In this document: positions 41,289 to 52,882 of the stretch, piece by piece | Layout of the letters: the number at the start of each line of letters is the position of its first letter | Numbering within the stretch: the first letter of the stretch is position 1 | Origin: Histomonas meleagridis 2922-C6/04-290x | Lineage: Eukaryota > Protista > Parabasalia | Assembly (NCBI GenBank): GCA_020184695.1 | Contig: JAANOX010000146.1 | Coordinates: forward strand, 62,001 to 126,000 | Reading direction: 5' to 3' | DNA: 64,000 nucleotides | Position numbers and translations under genes: made by a program | The notes under the pieces: generated by a model | Seen by the model: the letters and a program-made list of their open reading frames with translations, nothing else | Database searches by the model: none | What the model was told of the DNA's origin: nothing

Positions 41289-41360
41289 GGGTGAATGGTA
41301 TAGTGGTTAGTATTGTTGATTGTGGCTCAATAGATCCGTGTTCGATTCACGGTTCACCCA
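41289..41360 (+). tRNA. tRNA-His (GTG), copy 1
   Basis: Acceptor GGGTGAA/TTCACCC, anticodon arm GTTGA-TTGTGGC-TCAAT, GTTCGATTC, T-run downstream. Confidence 0.95.
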
Positions 41361-41893
41361 ATTTTTTGTTTTTTTCGCAAACCTATTTACACGAATCATG
41401 ATGGCCACAACAAGCTTACAAATACACCAATTTTCCCTCAATTTAGTTCTTTGACCTTAATCATCTCATTGGGTACATTATATTTAGTCATTTGATCCTC
41501 ATTTTTTCATTTAATACATCTTATTTAATCTTAATTTGTTATTTTAGTACACCTAATTATGTAACCTAATTATATCTGTTAAAGCAAATTATATTTTCAA
41601 TAATAGCATATTGTGCAAGCTTTTTACATTATATATTTATTGGAATTTGACATTTTAGTCTTTCTTTGAAAGGATGCTCATTATGATAATTTGATACAGT
41701 CAAAACTGTATGCAATGTGGAACTCTGTGTTTTTATTCTATTTAAAATATAATTTTTTTGAATTTTAACATCAACCATTGCATTTAGTAAACAAGGAGTT
41801 AATGCATCCGAATTTTTTAAAAAGGAATTTCTTTGAATTAAAAAAAATTTATTTATAATAATTATTAAATTGTATAAATTTGAATAAACGAAG

Positions 41894-41965
41894 GGGTGAA
41901 TGGTATAGTGGTTAGTATTGTTGATTGTGGCTCAATAGATCCGTGTTCGATTCACGGTTCACCCA
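41894..41965 (+). tRNA. tRNA-His (GTG), copy 2 (identical)
   Basis: Identical sequence to copy 1, offset by 605 bp. Confidence 0.95.
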
Positions 41966-42424
41966 ATTTTTTGTTTTTTTCGCAAACCTATTTACACACA
42001 ATAAAAAAGCTTTCTACCACCTAGTATAGTATGTCTTACAATTATCTGTTATATTTTAAAAATATGTAAATTTTTAATTTAACTTGAATAATTATATTTA
42101 AATATCAAAATAATTATTTCTAAGTTTTGCATTTCTCTCTGAGGATTTTGACTATTTCATAATTAGCTAGTTTCAAGTGTAAAAATAGGTAATATTCTGT
42201 CAATTACTTTTTAAAATATAAGTTTGAGCATGTAATCATAGAACATTACTTCCAATAATTCCAAATCGTAAGCATACAACAATTGTTTTAAATTATTTTT
42301 TACATTTACCAACTAAGTGCGAATAACCAAAAGGTTGAGATAACAAGTTTATAAAAGTTTAAACAAATATCATTTAGCAAAACGAACGTTTATTTATTAA
42401 TTTTTTTCTTATTTATTAAAAATT

Positions 42425-45400
42425 TTAAGTATTTTCGAAAGTTCCGGTAAATTCAATAGCTACTTTAATCATAGCTAATGCTTTTTGATTTGATGTATAA
42501 GAAGGTATATGTAATTGGTTAAAGCATGTTGAAGCTGTTGGTAAGTTATCCACTCTTGAAGAAGATCCGTCATAATCAATATTCAAGTAGAAGTGTGAAT
42601 TTCCGAAATCTGGTGGTAACCTCGTTCTACCTGTTGAGAATTTAATTAATTTCGATCTTTCTTCTGAAGTTAAATGATCGATTACGAAATTCATAATATT
42701 CTTCATATTTTGGGGCACCCCGTTGTAAACGATGACCTGTTTCAATTTTTCAGCAGTTATTTGGTTGGAGCCGCAAGCGCATAATTCTAATAAATCGCCT
42801 GTAATGAAAGCAGGCGTTTCGAAGTCAAGATTTTCCCATAATCCTTCTTTCATAGCATCTAAATAAGACTTCATTTCATTTAGTCTGAACGCTTTTGCTA
42901 ATTCTATAAATTCGGCGCAATTACTTAATGTAACTACTTCTAATCTTCCTCTTTGGACAAGAGGAACTTCATTTCCATTTGAATCGTTTACAACGAAATT
43001 CAATTTAAATCTTTGGTTGAATTCAATTTCGCTTATTCCGGAATTCAATGCTTCTTGTAAAGATTCAATTAACGCTTTGAAATTAACGTCGATCGCATAA
43101 ATCTGTTCAATTGCAATATAACCGTCGGCCAAATAATCCCATACTAAAGGAGCGAAATTAAAATCTTGAACTAAAGAAGTTCTAATACACATACCTAATA
43201 ACACTCCTGCGAATTTATACTTCTTCAAAACATTTAAATGTCTTGGATCAGGTATAGGTATAACAAATTCTCTATTTTCACCAATACCATTTCTAGCGTT
43301 AGGAACGGGTATAAATAGACCACAATTCGGACAACATAAATCAGCTGCAAGTTCAGCAACAACTTCACGACCAGGTCCGCCAGCATCAACACCAGCCTCA
43401 TCAGCCATATAAACTTTCCAAGGCTTTTCACCACGTTTTCTAAATGATCTAGGGTTTGTGTATAACACCGTAAGTTGTGATATCAATGATAATTCCAAGT
43501 TATTCAGGGTACCATTTCTAACTTGATACGAAATTTTTCGATTTACTCTAATTTCTATTGAATCGTCATTACTCTTTTGATCTATCAAGTAGTTAAATCT
43601 TTGTATTCTTAAAGACAATGCCATCGATCTACATAAATATTTCAGTGATGGGTCATCTTCGAATAAGATCTTATCGAAGTATAACAACCAACTTAATAAT
43701 GTTAACAAAGTCGCTCTAATTATTAATACATTTAAAGAAAATTGTAATCCTGTCTTCAGTATTAATAATGGGTCGATATTAAACTTAAATATATTTGATG
43801 AATATAATGAATTTGGAAAAGGTTCAATTAACTTTTGGTCGTCATTAATATCCCATTTTAATACCAAATGAATAATATTTGTTGAGAACAAATCTCTATG
43901 ATCAAATATGAATGAGTCGACTGATATATCATTACTATTATTTACTTGGAAACCAAATTGTACATTATTCCAATTTATGTTATTATCTGTTTCTAAATAT
44001 ATAACTTTGGATGTGATAATTGAGTTTGTAACTGGTTGTGTCATATCTTCATATAATGAACATTTATATGAAAAGTTTTGTGTGTTCGTAATTAATTGAC
44101 AATTCGTTGGCGTAAAATTAGTAAATGTGACTTTGATTTTTGTGTTTGTGATTGGTTTAACTTCAAATGGTGGATATCGCATTGTGACTTTGGCCCATAA
44201 ATGTAATAATAAATGGAACGGATATCCAACAATTGTGTCCCGTTTCTTCATTAAGCGTTTAAATTGGGTACAAAATTGTGTTAAATCATCTGATGAATTT
44301 AATTGATCTGGTAAAAATGGAGATGGTAACCCAAAAGTAAGTTTTTCTTTCGGTATTTGTTCGATCTCTTTCTTGTCCGATTCCGTTAAAAACTCTGGGA
44401 AATATGATTTTAATGGTAATAACATTCTTTCATCCCATATCGTTTGTAAATCTATCAAAAAGCTGTTGAGCGATGGATATTTTACAAGATCGGTATAAAT
44501 TGACAGTATTGTTAATTTTTGAGGTAAGTCATCAGTGAGGTCACTTCCGCTTAACGGTATCTTGTCATTTAAAAATTGTAAAATATTTTCATAAAAGTTA
44601 TGGAAAAATGGGCTTTCTGCTATAAATGAATCTATAAATAATTGATAAATCTTATTACGAATTTCATGAGCTTTTTTATCATTAATTAAATTAATATTTT
44701 GTGAAAAGTATAAAACGAAATATTTAAATGAAATAGCTAATTGGAAAAATGTATTAAACAATGATTCATTAGTCATCAAAGGTAAAATTGCAATGTTAAC
44801 ACCTGCTTGTAAAGTTAATGGAGTAATATTAACAGTATCACCTTTAATAAATATCACATTTGATGAAACTTTAATATTTTGTTGTTGTGAAGAATCACTA
44901 TTAATAACAAACAAATCATTTGAATGTATACTAAATCCGATCTTAAATACAATTAAAAGTTCTGCACCAGTAATAACAACTTTTCGTGCTTTATTTAATG
45001 TTAATGTATTTAATGGTATTATTACTGCATATTTATGATAATTTGATATGAAATGATTTTGTACGTCAGAAAATTGATGATTTAATAACTCAAACCATAA
45101 ATCGATTGTTTCTTCAATTAAATTATTTTCTTTATAATAATTAAATATATTTTGTAATGCGATTTTCTCTTGATAATACATAACTGTATTATAATCTTCT
45201 AATACATTCGTTGAGAATGAAATTGGTGATTTAGGAGAAGTTTCATTTAAAAATTGGAAATATAAAGGTTCGATTAATAACATTAATAAAATAGAATATT
45301 CTAAAAGATTTAATTTCGTCATTGAGAATCGTTTTAATATCATATTAATTTCACTTGGAAACAATGACAATGAATTAATAAAAGTTGTATTTAATATTTC

Positions 45401-48400
45401 GGATTTTAATCTTGATACTAAACTTTTAGAAAACATATTAATGATTTCAGTAGGTATTATTGGATAATTTTGTGGACTTAAAGGATTTACATATGAATGA
45501 ATTATTGGAGTACCATTGATAGGTTGTAATTTACCTGTATCTCTATTAATAGTATATTTAATATTATCTGTTTCGAATTTATTTATATCCGATTGATTTT
45601 GATTTAAATATTCATAATATGATACTATTGGTATTTGTAATGAAGAATTTGCTGTTGAATATATTTTATTACTTGAAAACATTGGTAATTGTTTTGATAA
45701 TTCTTTATTATTTTTAATATTTAATGATTTACCACATGAATTTAAGATATTAATTGGATATGTAATAAATCTAGAATTAGTTAATTGTGTAGTAAATTTG
45801 GTTATAATTCGTTCTTTCATTGTTGTTTGATTCTTTTCAATGTTTTTGATATTATATTTAACATTTTTATTGGTTTGAATTAAATTGTTTTGTAAAATGG
45901 CTTTCTTAAATGACATTGGAATCTTTTTAACTTTCTTAAATATAGTTTTACCTGAAATTGGACATATTAAATTCATATTTTCAGGTTTGATAGATTTAGA
46001 TATTATTGGTATATTTGATATATGATATTTAACTTTAAGTGCTTTAAATGTTTGTAATATTACACAAACTGATTTTGAAGGTAATTTATATGAAAATATT
46101 TTTTCTTCTTCAATATAAAATGTTGATTTTAATTTACTTGGTTTAAATATTAATATAATTCTTTTATTAGTAATATTTTGTTTAATGTTTTCAATGACAA
46201 TTGAATTATATATAATTTGTTTATCTTTTCCATTTAATAATAATGTCGAAGAAGCAGAATCTTGAAAATCAAAACAATGGAAACCTAAATTATATGAATT
46301 ATTATCAGAGTTTATATATAATTCGATATAAGTTGTTTGAGTTTGATTTAATATTGATGATATAAATGTATGTAATCCATTTTCACAAGATATTTCATTA
46401 TTAGTAATTTTATATGTATTATTATTAATGACATTTGTAGGTGAACAATACATCATTCGTGAATTTATATTAGAATTCTTTAATAAAAATCCTTTTGAAT
46501 TAGAATTTAAATGTAATTTTAATAAATTCATAAAATCTGTTTCTGATTTAATAAATGAAATAGAATTTAATGTAAAATCAATTTCTTCATTATTTAAAAA
46601 TTCTTTTAAGAAGTTTTTATCCTTTAAATATATGGAAAAACTTGAAAGAATATAAAAGTATAAAGGTTCAAGAGATTCATCATTTACAATTAAAGCTTTT
46701 TTGAAATATTTCATTAAGATATTATAATTAGGGAATAAAGAAGTATTAAAAGGTAATGAAGATACAGGTATAATATATGAATTTTTCTCAATTTGTTCTG
46801 ATATAGATCGATTAGTTATAGGTATTTTCCAACCGATATAATTATCTTGTTTAATTTTAGTTATATAATATATTAAATTACTTTTCTTATTCCGTACTAA
46901 TGAATAACATCTAAATGAATCAATTAAATTCGATAATATAGCAAATATTGCATATAATCCTTTTGTATCAGATTTTTCGAGTATTTCATCAAATAAATTT
47001 AATAAAATCGGATCATTTAATGATTTCCGACATATATAAATTAATTCACTACAAATATTAATTAAAATATTTGGAGTTTTATATAATGAATTTTCATCAG
47101 AATTTGAATATTCTTTAATACATTTTCGTTTAGATAAAAATGATGGTTGACAACCAGAACAAATTTCACCAATTTCTTTTAAGAACCATTTAAAGATATC
47201 TCTTTTTTCTTCTTCTTTTATTATTGTCATTAAGAATGAAAAACTTGAATGATAAAAAGAAGGTTCACAATTCTTTAAAAACTCAATAATATTATTCGAT
47301 GTATAAGGTAATTTCATACCTATTGAATAACATAATCGTGTAACACTTAATCGTGTAGGTAATAATTCATTATTAGGGAATAATAATTGTTTAACATCTT
47401 CAAATTGTTTATATTCAGAAATGTTTGGGAATTCTTTAGTAAATGAATAAATACATGAAACTATTAAAGCTAAATGTGATGAAAACTTTTTCTCGGAAAT
47501 TTTATTTGACATTTCAAACAATTGATTTATTATATTAATAATTGGATTTAAGAATGATAATGTATCAATTTTCCCAATAGTTATAATTAAATCTAAATCA
47601 AATATTATAATTGTCTTTAATAATGATTCATCTTCAATTTTAGTTATTAATGAACATAATTTATCTAATAATGAAATGATATTTTGGAATCCAATATTTT
47701 CTTTTTTGTTTTTAGAATTAGGTGAAAAATATAATGTTGAAATATATTTTGTTAATGATTGAGAAGAAGCGAATTTTTGTATTAGAAATGTATTACATAT
47801 TTCACTAACACAACTTTTTAAGACATCGTTCACTAATTCGATACCTTTAATTACACTATTATTCGTTGATTCAGCAGCTTTAATTATTTGGAAACATTGT
47901 ATTGTATCATAATCACTTAATATAAAAGCAGATAATTTATTATTAATCTTTTGAATGTCATTATTAATTTCAGTTGATTGATCTTTAATAAAAGGATCTA
48001 AATATAATAATATTACACATTTCTCTTTAATAGTTTGTATGAATTTATCATAATTTTGATTTAATTTCGGTGGTAAATCTGAATGACTATCTTGATATTG
48101 TATAGTGAATTGTTTCGATGCTTTAATTTCTCTTCTAAATCGATAAATATTTTCTATAATTGTTCGAATATTTGTTGAAATTATTGGAGTGGTTTTACCT
48201 TCTAATAATTTCATTTGAATGTCATATACATCATAATAAATACCTAATTGTTTAATAAACGCTAAAAATATTAATCGTTCTAAATGTCGTTCTTCTTGAG
48301 TAATTTTCCTTTGAATAGTTTTCATTTTAACTGTTGAATATAAATAATCAAATAATTGTTTAATTTCTGGTGTTTCTTCTACTAATACTGCAGAAGTGAA

Positions 48401-51310
48401 AAAGTTTAATATTGATGATAATGTATCTGTTTTATTTTTATCTTTCTTATTAATACCATTCTTCAAATATTTTCTTCGTTCTTTTTCTGATGATTTAGGA
48501 TTAAATATTATATCCATAATTTCATGGACTTTATCATAATCTAATTTAGCTTTAAAGACAGAATGTGCTAACCATATATAATTAGAAGCATTTTGGAAAT
48601 CAGAACCTCCATCAATTAATACTGAGATGAATTCGATATATACTGAGAAGAATTCAAAAAATATAATATATGAACTATTAAATGTTTCATTTGTAGGTGC
48701 TAATATTGATTGTGATATTTCTTTATTAGAAAAGATTTGATCAAATACTAAAAAGATTTGATGTAAATAATCAACAATGATTAATGATATTTTAGAATAA
48801 TTAGATAATGGATGTAATAACATTAAATATTTCCTAAATAACTTGAAAAATGGTGTAATTAATATAATTTTTGAATCAAGTGGATTTTCATTTAAGAATT
48901 TTATCGCATTTTGTATTATAATTTGTGAATATGTTAAAAATAAACTTTGGATATGTTCTTCATATTCAATATTCGATGTAATTTTATTAGAACAAATGTT
49001 AATATATTCATTAATAATCCGAAATTGCATTATATTAATAAAATCAATTTGATTCGTTGTGGATGTTGGTGGTTTAGTCATCATTGGTATAAATAATGGT
49101 TCGATTAATTTTTTAATTGATTCTTTATCAAAACAATATAAAAATGACTTTGATTGTTGTATTGTATTAATTAGATATAATTTATATTCATCTGTTTCAT
49201 TTAATATTAATAAATTGAACATTTCTTTACATTTATCAAAAATATTATTAAATAATATCGAAAATGTCGAAATTATTATATATTTAATTAATTTATGGAA
49301 TTGATTTAATGATTCATCTTTTAATATATCATAAAATACATTAACAATTTCTTCAAGTAATTCTTTCGAATAATTTTCAGTTGAATTATATAAATTATAT
49401 TGTAATAAAGATAACATTCCTTGTAAAACAACAGTTTCGAAGTTTTTCTTTTTTTCTTGTTTTTTATATAATGTCAAAAAATATCCGATAGTTTTTATGA
49501 TAATTTTTATCAAATCTTCATCACATTGACAAAATAATTGTGCTGTCTTAAAACTATATGAACCTTTTTGTGTATATAACGAAGATTTCTTAGAACAACC
49601 AATGAAATGAGTTGCATAATAAGAAATCGTTGTATAAAATTGATGTATTAATATATCAGCATATTTATCATTGATTAAATATAATCCTTTTAAGTCATGT
49701 GGATATATTTCAGGTATCATTCCTGTTTTCCATAAAGGTATACCACCATATGAATTAATTTTTATTAAAGTAGTTTCTTTAGTTGAAGGTGATAATAACC
49801 ATTGACAATGATTCCAACCATCATAAATTATAGATTGGATTGGGAAACGTAATGAAACCATACAATCAGAAACATGCATACCAGAAATTATAGAGAAATT
49901 TCGTATGAAATATGTATAAATATTACTATTAACTTTGGTTAAGATAATAAATGTTAAGATAATACCATTCGTATACATTTGTGATTTCTCATGCCATGAT
50001 TGTGGTAATAATTTAGGAAACGCTGAATTTAATTGTGATTTCCCACGTTTTAATGTAATCATTCGATGGAATATAATTGTTTTTGAATCTAATGAAAAAA
50101 CTGCAACTTTTTTCTTCTTAATTAATGAATAAATATAATACCCATCTGAACATAATGGTAATGTAATCTTTGGTGATTGAAATGATGATGAAAATATATA
50201 CGTAGCTGATTTTGTTTGTAACTTAAATGGATTAACTGAATATATATATTCATGTTTCATGAATTTACTTGAAACTAATAAATATTCATTCGAATATGCT
50301 ATGAAAAGTCCATAATTTTTGCCCGATTTAATATCAAATGTAACATTTCGATAACGATTTGCAGAATTGATAATGTTATTCGATAATGAAACTATAGTTA
50401 ATTGAGATCGGCTTCCTAATATATATATATTTCGTCCATTGCAACACATTATTGATTGTGATGATACATTTGGCATCTCAAATTTAGATAATGTGACAGT
50501 GCCTTGCGTCTGATTCGATGGTATTGTGGTCGCATTAATTAATGGTATTGATAAAAAGTTAAATGTGAATGCATCAAATAATATGTTATCTGGATTTATA
50601 ATTCTTTTGGGCGAATTACTAACAATATTGGCTATCTGTAAAAGACCAACTAAGATTGGCGCTAAATCAAATGAAAAAAAGCCCCATTTTAATGTTTGAT
50701 ATCCTGTATTGAGATCAGAACAATGTGCTATAATTCGTGGTGAGAGTTTGTAATACGTAGGATGGAAGTGTAAAAAATTGTTTTCCGGTAAATGTTGAAG
50801 AAAATCTGTAAAATCTGTTAAGGATAAGATTTCATCTGTAATTTGAAGAACTGGTGTTGGATAGTCGCCATGAAGAGAAGCAACTTGTGTGAGTTCTGTG
50901 TTATTTCGTTCCATATTTAATTGGCGTCTTTGATATTCATCAGCTAATAAATTAGCTGTTCGTTCTTTTAAAAATTTGGTAAGCTCAGCAAGAACACGCT
51001 GAAGAGACCCTGACCCTTGTTTGTATGCGTCCCCTGAATAAAGTGATGACAAAACATTTTGCCAAACTTCAAGTGGTGTATTAAATTGCGTAAATAGTTG
51101 CGGGTTTGTAATGAGGTCAACAATTAAATTTTCGTCAAGTAATTTTATTTTTTGATTTGTAGTATTATTATCAGAACTTTGCTTATATGAAAAATTAGAA
51201 TAAAGACATTGCTCATCTTTGGCTACTTCAAATATCGAATTAGAATTGTTTGCAAAGAAGTTAAAAGATGCAAATGATGTTTTTGGAGCATTTGATAATG
51301 TGTTACCCAT
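42425..51310 (-). CDS. Large HECT-domain E3 ubiquitin ligase (2961 aa)
   Basis: C-terminal HECT: EAGVDAGGPGRE, YKFAGVLLGMCI, LIKFSTGRTRLP, LPTASTCFNQLHIP (catalytic Cys). Confidence 0.95.
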   Translation of the reverse strand: MGNTLSNAPKTSFASFNFFANNSNSIFEVAKDEQCLYSNFSYKQSSDNNTTNQKIKLLDENLIVDLITNPQLFTQFNTPLEVWQNVLSSLYSGDAYKQGSGSLQRVLAELTKFLKERTANLLADEYQRRQLNMERNNTELTQVASLHGDYPTPVLQITDEILSLTDFTDFLQHLPENNFLHFHPTYYKLSPRIIAHCSDLNTGYQTLKWGFFSFDLAPILVGLLQIANIVSNSPKRIINPDNILFDAFTFNFLSIPLINATTIPSNQTQGTVTLSKFEMPNVSSQSIMCCNGRNIYILGSRSQLTIVSLSNNIINSANRYRNVTFDIKSGKNYGLFIAYSNEYLLVSSKFMKHEYIYSVNPFKLQTKSATYIFSSSFQSPKITLPLCSDGYYIYSLIKKKKVAVFSLDSKTIIFHRMITLKRGKSQLNSAFPKLLPQSWHEKSQMYTNGIILTFIILTKVNSNIYTYFIRNFSIISGMHVSDCMVSLRFPIQSIIYDGWNHCQWLLSPSTKETTLIKINSYGGIPLWKTGMIPEIYPHDLKGLYLINDKYADILIHQFYTTISYYATHFIGCSKKSSLYTQKGSYSFKTAQLFCQCDEDLIKIIIKTIGYFLTLYKKQEKKKNFETVVLQGMLSLLQYNLYNSTENYSKELLEEIVNVFYDILKDESLNQFHKLIKYIIISTFSILFNNIFDKCKEMFNLLILNETDEYKLYLINTIQQSKSFLYCFDKESIKKLIEPLFIPMMTKPPTSTTNQIDFINIMQFRIINEYINICSNKITSNIEYEEHIQSLFLTYSQIIIQNAIKFLNENPLDSKIILITPFFKLFRKYLMLLHPLSNYSKISLIIVDYLHQIFLVFDQIFSNKEISQSILAPTNETFNSSYIIFFEFFSVYIEFISVLIDGGSDFQNASNYIWLAHSVFKAKLDYDKVHEIMDIIFNPKSSEKERRKYLKNGINKKDKNKTDTLSSILNFFTSAVLVEETPEIKQLFDYLYSTVKMKTIQRKITQEERHLERLIFLAFIKQLGIYYDVYDIQMKLLEGKTTPIISTNIRTIIENIYRFRREIKASKQFTIQYQDSHSDLPPKLNQNYDKFIQTIKEKCVILLYLDPFIKDQSTEINNDIQKINNKLSAFILSDYDTIQCFQIIKAAESTNNSVIKGIELVNDVLKSCVSEICNTFLIQKFASSQSLTKYISTLYFSPNSKNKKENIGFQNIISLLDKLCSLITKIEDESLLKTIIIFDLDLIITIGKIDTLSFLNPIINIINQLFEMSNKISEKKFSSHLALIVSCIYSFTKEFPNISEYKQFEDVKQLLFPNNELLPTRLSVTRLCYSIGMKLPYTSNNIIEFLKNCEPSFYHSSFSFLMTIIKEEEKRDIFKWFLKEIGEICSGCQPSFLSKRKCIKEYSNSDENSLYKTPNILINICSELIYICRKSLNDPILLNLFDEILEKSDTKGLYAIFAILSNLIDSFRCYSLVRNKKSNLIYYITKIKQDNYIGWKIPITNRSISEQIEKNSYIIPVSSLPFNTSLFPNYNILMKYFKKALIVNDESLEPLYFYILSSFSIYLKDKNFLKEFLNNEEIDFTLNSISFIKSETDFMNLLKLHLNSNSKGFLLKNSNINSRMMYCSPTNVINNNTYKITNNEISCENGLHTFISSILNQTQTTYIELYINSDNNSYNLGFHCFDFQDSASSTLLLNGKDKQIIYNSIVIENIKQNITNKRIILIFKPSKLKSTFYIEEEKIFSYKLPSKSVCVILQTFKALKVKYHISNIPIISKSIKPENMNLICPISGKTIFKKVKKIPMSFKKAILQNNLIQTNKNVKYNIKNIEKNQTTMKERIITKFTTQLTNSRFITYPINILNSCGKSLNIKNNKELSKQLPMFSSNKIYSTANSSLQIPIVSYYEYLNQNQSDINKFETDNIKYTINRDTGKLQPINGTPIIHSYVNPLSPQNYPIIPTEIINMFSKSLVSRLKSEILNTTFINSLSLFPSEINMILKRFSMTKLNLLEYSILLMLLIEPLYFQFLNETSPKSPISFSTNVLEDYNTVMYYQEKIALQNIFNYYKENNLIEETIDLWFELLNHQFSDVQNHFISNYHKYAVIIPLNTLTLNKARKVVITGAELLIVFKIGFSIHSNDLFVINSDSSQQQNIKVSSNVIFIKGDTVNITPLTLQAGVNIAILPLMTNESLFNTFFQLAISFKYFVLYFSQNINLINDKKAHEIRNKIYQLFIDSFIAESPFFHNFYENILQFLNDKIPLSGSDLTDDLPQKLTILSIYTDLVKYPSLNSFLIDLQTIWDERMLLPLKSYFPEFLTESDKKEIEQIPKEKLTFGLPSPFLPDQLNSSDDLTQFCTQFKRLMKKRDTIVGYPFHLLLHLWAKVTMRYPPFEVKPITNTKIKVTFTNFTPTNCQLITNTQNFSYKCSLYEDMTQPVTNSIITSKVIYLETDNNINWNNVQFGFQVNNSNDISVDSFIFDHRDLFSTNIIHLVLKWDINDDQKLIEPFPNSLYSSNIFKFNIDPLLILKTGLQFSLNVLIIRATLLTLLSWLLYFDKILFEDDPSLKYLCRSMALSLRIQRFNYLIDQKSNDDSIEIRVNRKISYQVRNGTLNNLELSLISQLTVLYTNPRSFRKRGEKPWKVYMADEAGVDAGGPGREVVAELAADLCCPNCGLFIPVPNARNGIGENREFVIPIPDPRHLNVLKKYKFAGVLLGMCIRTSLVQDFNFAPLVWDYLADGYIAIEQIYAIDVNFKALIESLQEALNSGISEIEFNQRFKLNFVVNDSNGNEVPLVQRGRLEVVTLSNCAEFIELAKAFRLNEMKSYLDAMKEGLWENLDFETPAFITGDLLELCACGSNQITAEKLKQVIVYNGVPQNMKNIMNFVIDHLTSEERSKLIKFSTGRTRLPPDFGNSHFYLNIDYDGSSSRVDNLPTASTCFNQLHIPSYTSNQKALAMIKVAIEFTGTFENT

Positions 51311-52882
51311 ATGCTCTTTTGCTCCAAAATTCGAACAGACCCACTGAAAAGGATATTGTCAAAAAATGAAAGACTTTTAAGAGCACTTTCAGGGTAAAAA
51401 GTGCTTAATTCACACAAATTTTGAATAAAATTCGAATGAAAACCGTCAAAATTTTTCAAAAAAAATAAAGTAATTTGAATGAAATGTAAAGTATCATAAC
51501 CACAAAAATTAAAGCACCAATTTTTAGTCGTACAAAATATGTTTGGCTTAATATTATATGTAAAGAAAATTGAATTTCAGAAAGGAAGAACGTTATTATA
51601 TAAAATTTCCAAAATCTTTACCTGAAAAATTGATTAAATTATCGAATGTTTCATGTTCAATAAATATCTTAAAGGCTTGTAGTATGTTGTTATTTCCGTT
51701 TGAAAAGAATTGATGTATAAAGCTTAAAAATGTCTTTCAAAAAGAATTCTTCTTTAATAAGAATAAAAAAAAAAATTAATTTCATAACAATTTTTTTGAT
51801 CAAGAATTTTATAAAAAAAAAAATTGATGTACCTTGATTGAATTCCAAACATTTGTTCAAATCACCCAAGATATGATGAAAAAGCAAATTTTTAATGAAA
51901 AATTCTCCACTTTGTTAAGCCATATTACTTTATCCATGTAAAAACTAAATATTTAAGAAGATACATTAATAAATTTTTGAAATGATATCGATATTCTTAA
52001 TATATAGATATATATTAAAAAAATATGTTAATTATAATATTAATGCACAATGATTTTATAAAAATACTGAAACTTAATTATAAGAAGAAAAACTTAAAAT
52101 ATATATTAGATTTTAAGTTTTCTCATATTTTTGTTTTTTTATTCAGGTATAATGAAATTTTTAAATATTACAAAGAATCGCTTATCGTAATTCGCTTCAT
52201 TTTATGAACAAATGTTGATAAAGTTTATAAAAATTTATTCAAATAATAATAGTGATTTTTTTATAATACCAAAATAAATACATTATAAGGTTATAAATAA
52301 ATTCACAATATTCGTTAAATTATTGGTATTTATTGATTATTTATTGGATTATTGTAATATATTATGCAAATTAAATATTTGAAACAAGATTGTTATACAC
52401 ATGTGTCATCTGATGTTAAACATTTTTGTACAAAATTCTTGGAATTTCTTTAAAGATTGTGGTTACCTTATGTGTGATTGAGAAAAATTCAGCAGGAGTA
52501 GTCATTTCATCATGGAGGGTTGTTCCTCATGCGACTTATGTTTTTTGTTCATCGATAAAAATTAATTCAAAACTCTGATTAACTTCTGACCGTCTTTTAT
52601 ATGGAGATGATTTTGGCTGAAAATTTTTTATTATTTCAACGCAATGATGGAAGGAGAAGAGAATGAATTTTTCGATAAGTACTCCATCGGCAAAAATTAA
52701 AATTTAATATCTCATATTCTGAGATTAAACAACACAAATTACAAATATGTTAAATGAAATTCGTCATAAAAAATATAAAAATAATTATTATACATTTTGA
52801 GAGAATTGAATTTTACTGATTTTCCCGCGCATATTTTCTATTGTCACTTCTCTATACATCGACGATGACAAACTAGTTTGAA

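Larger units (their letters stand above)
41264..41997 (+). repeat. 129-bp identical direct duplication (41264-41392 and 41869-41997) containing tRNA-His
   Basis: Base-by-base identity including 25 nt of 5' flank and the terminator region. Confidence 0.9.
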
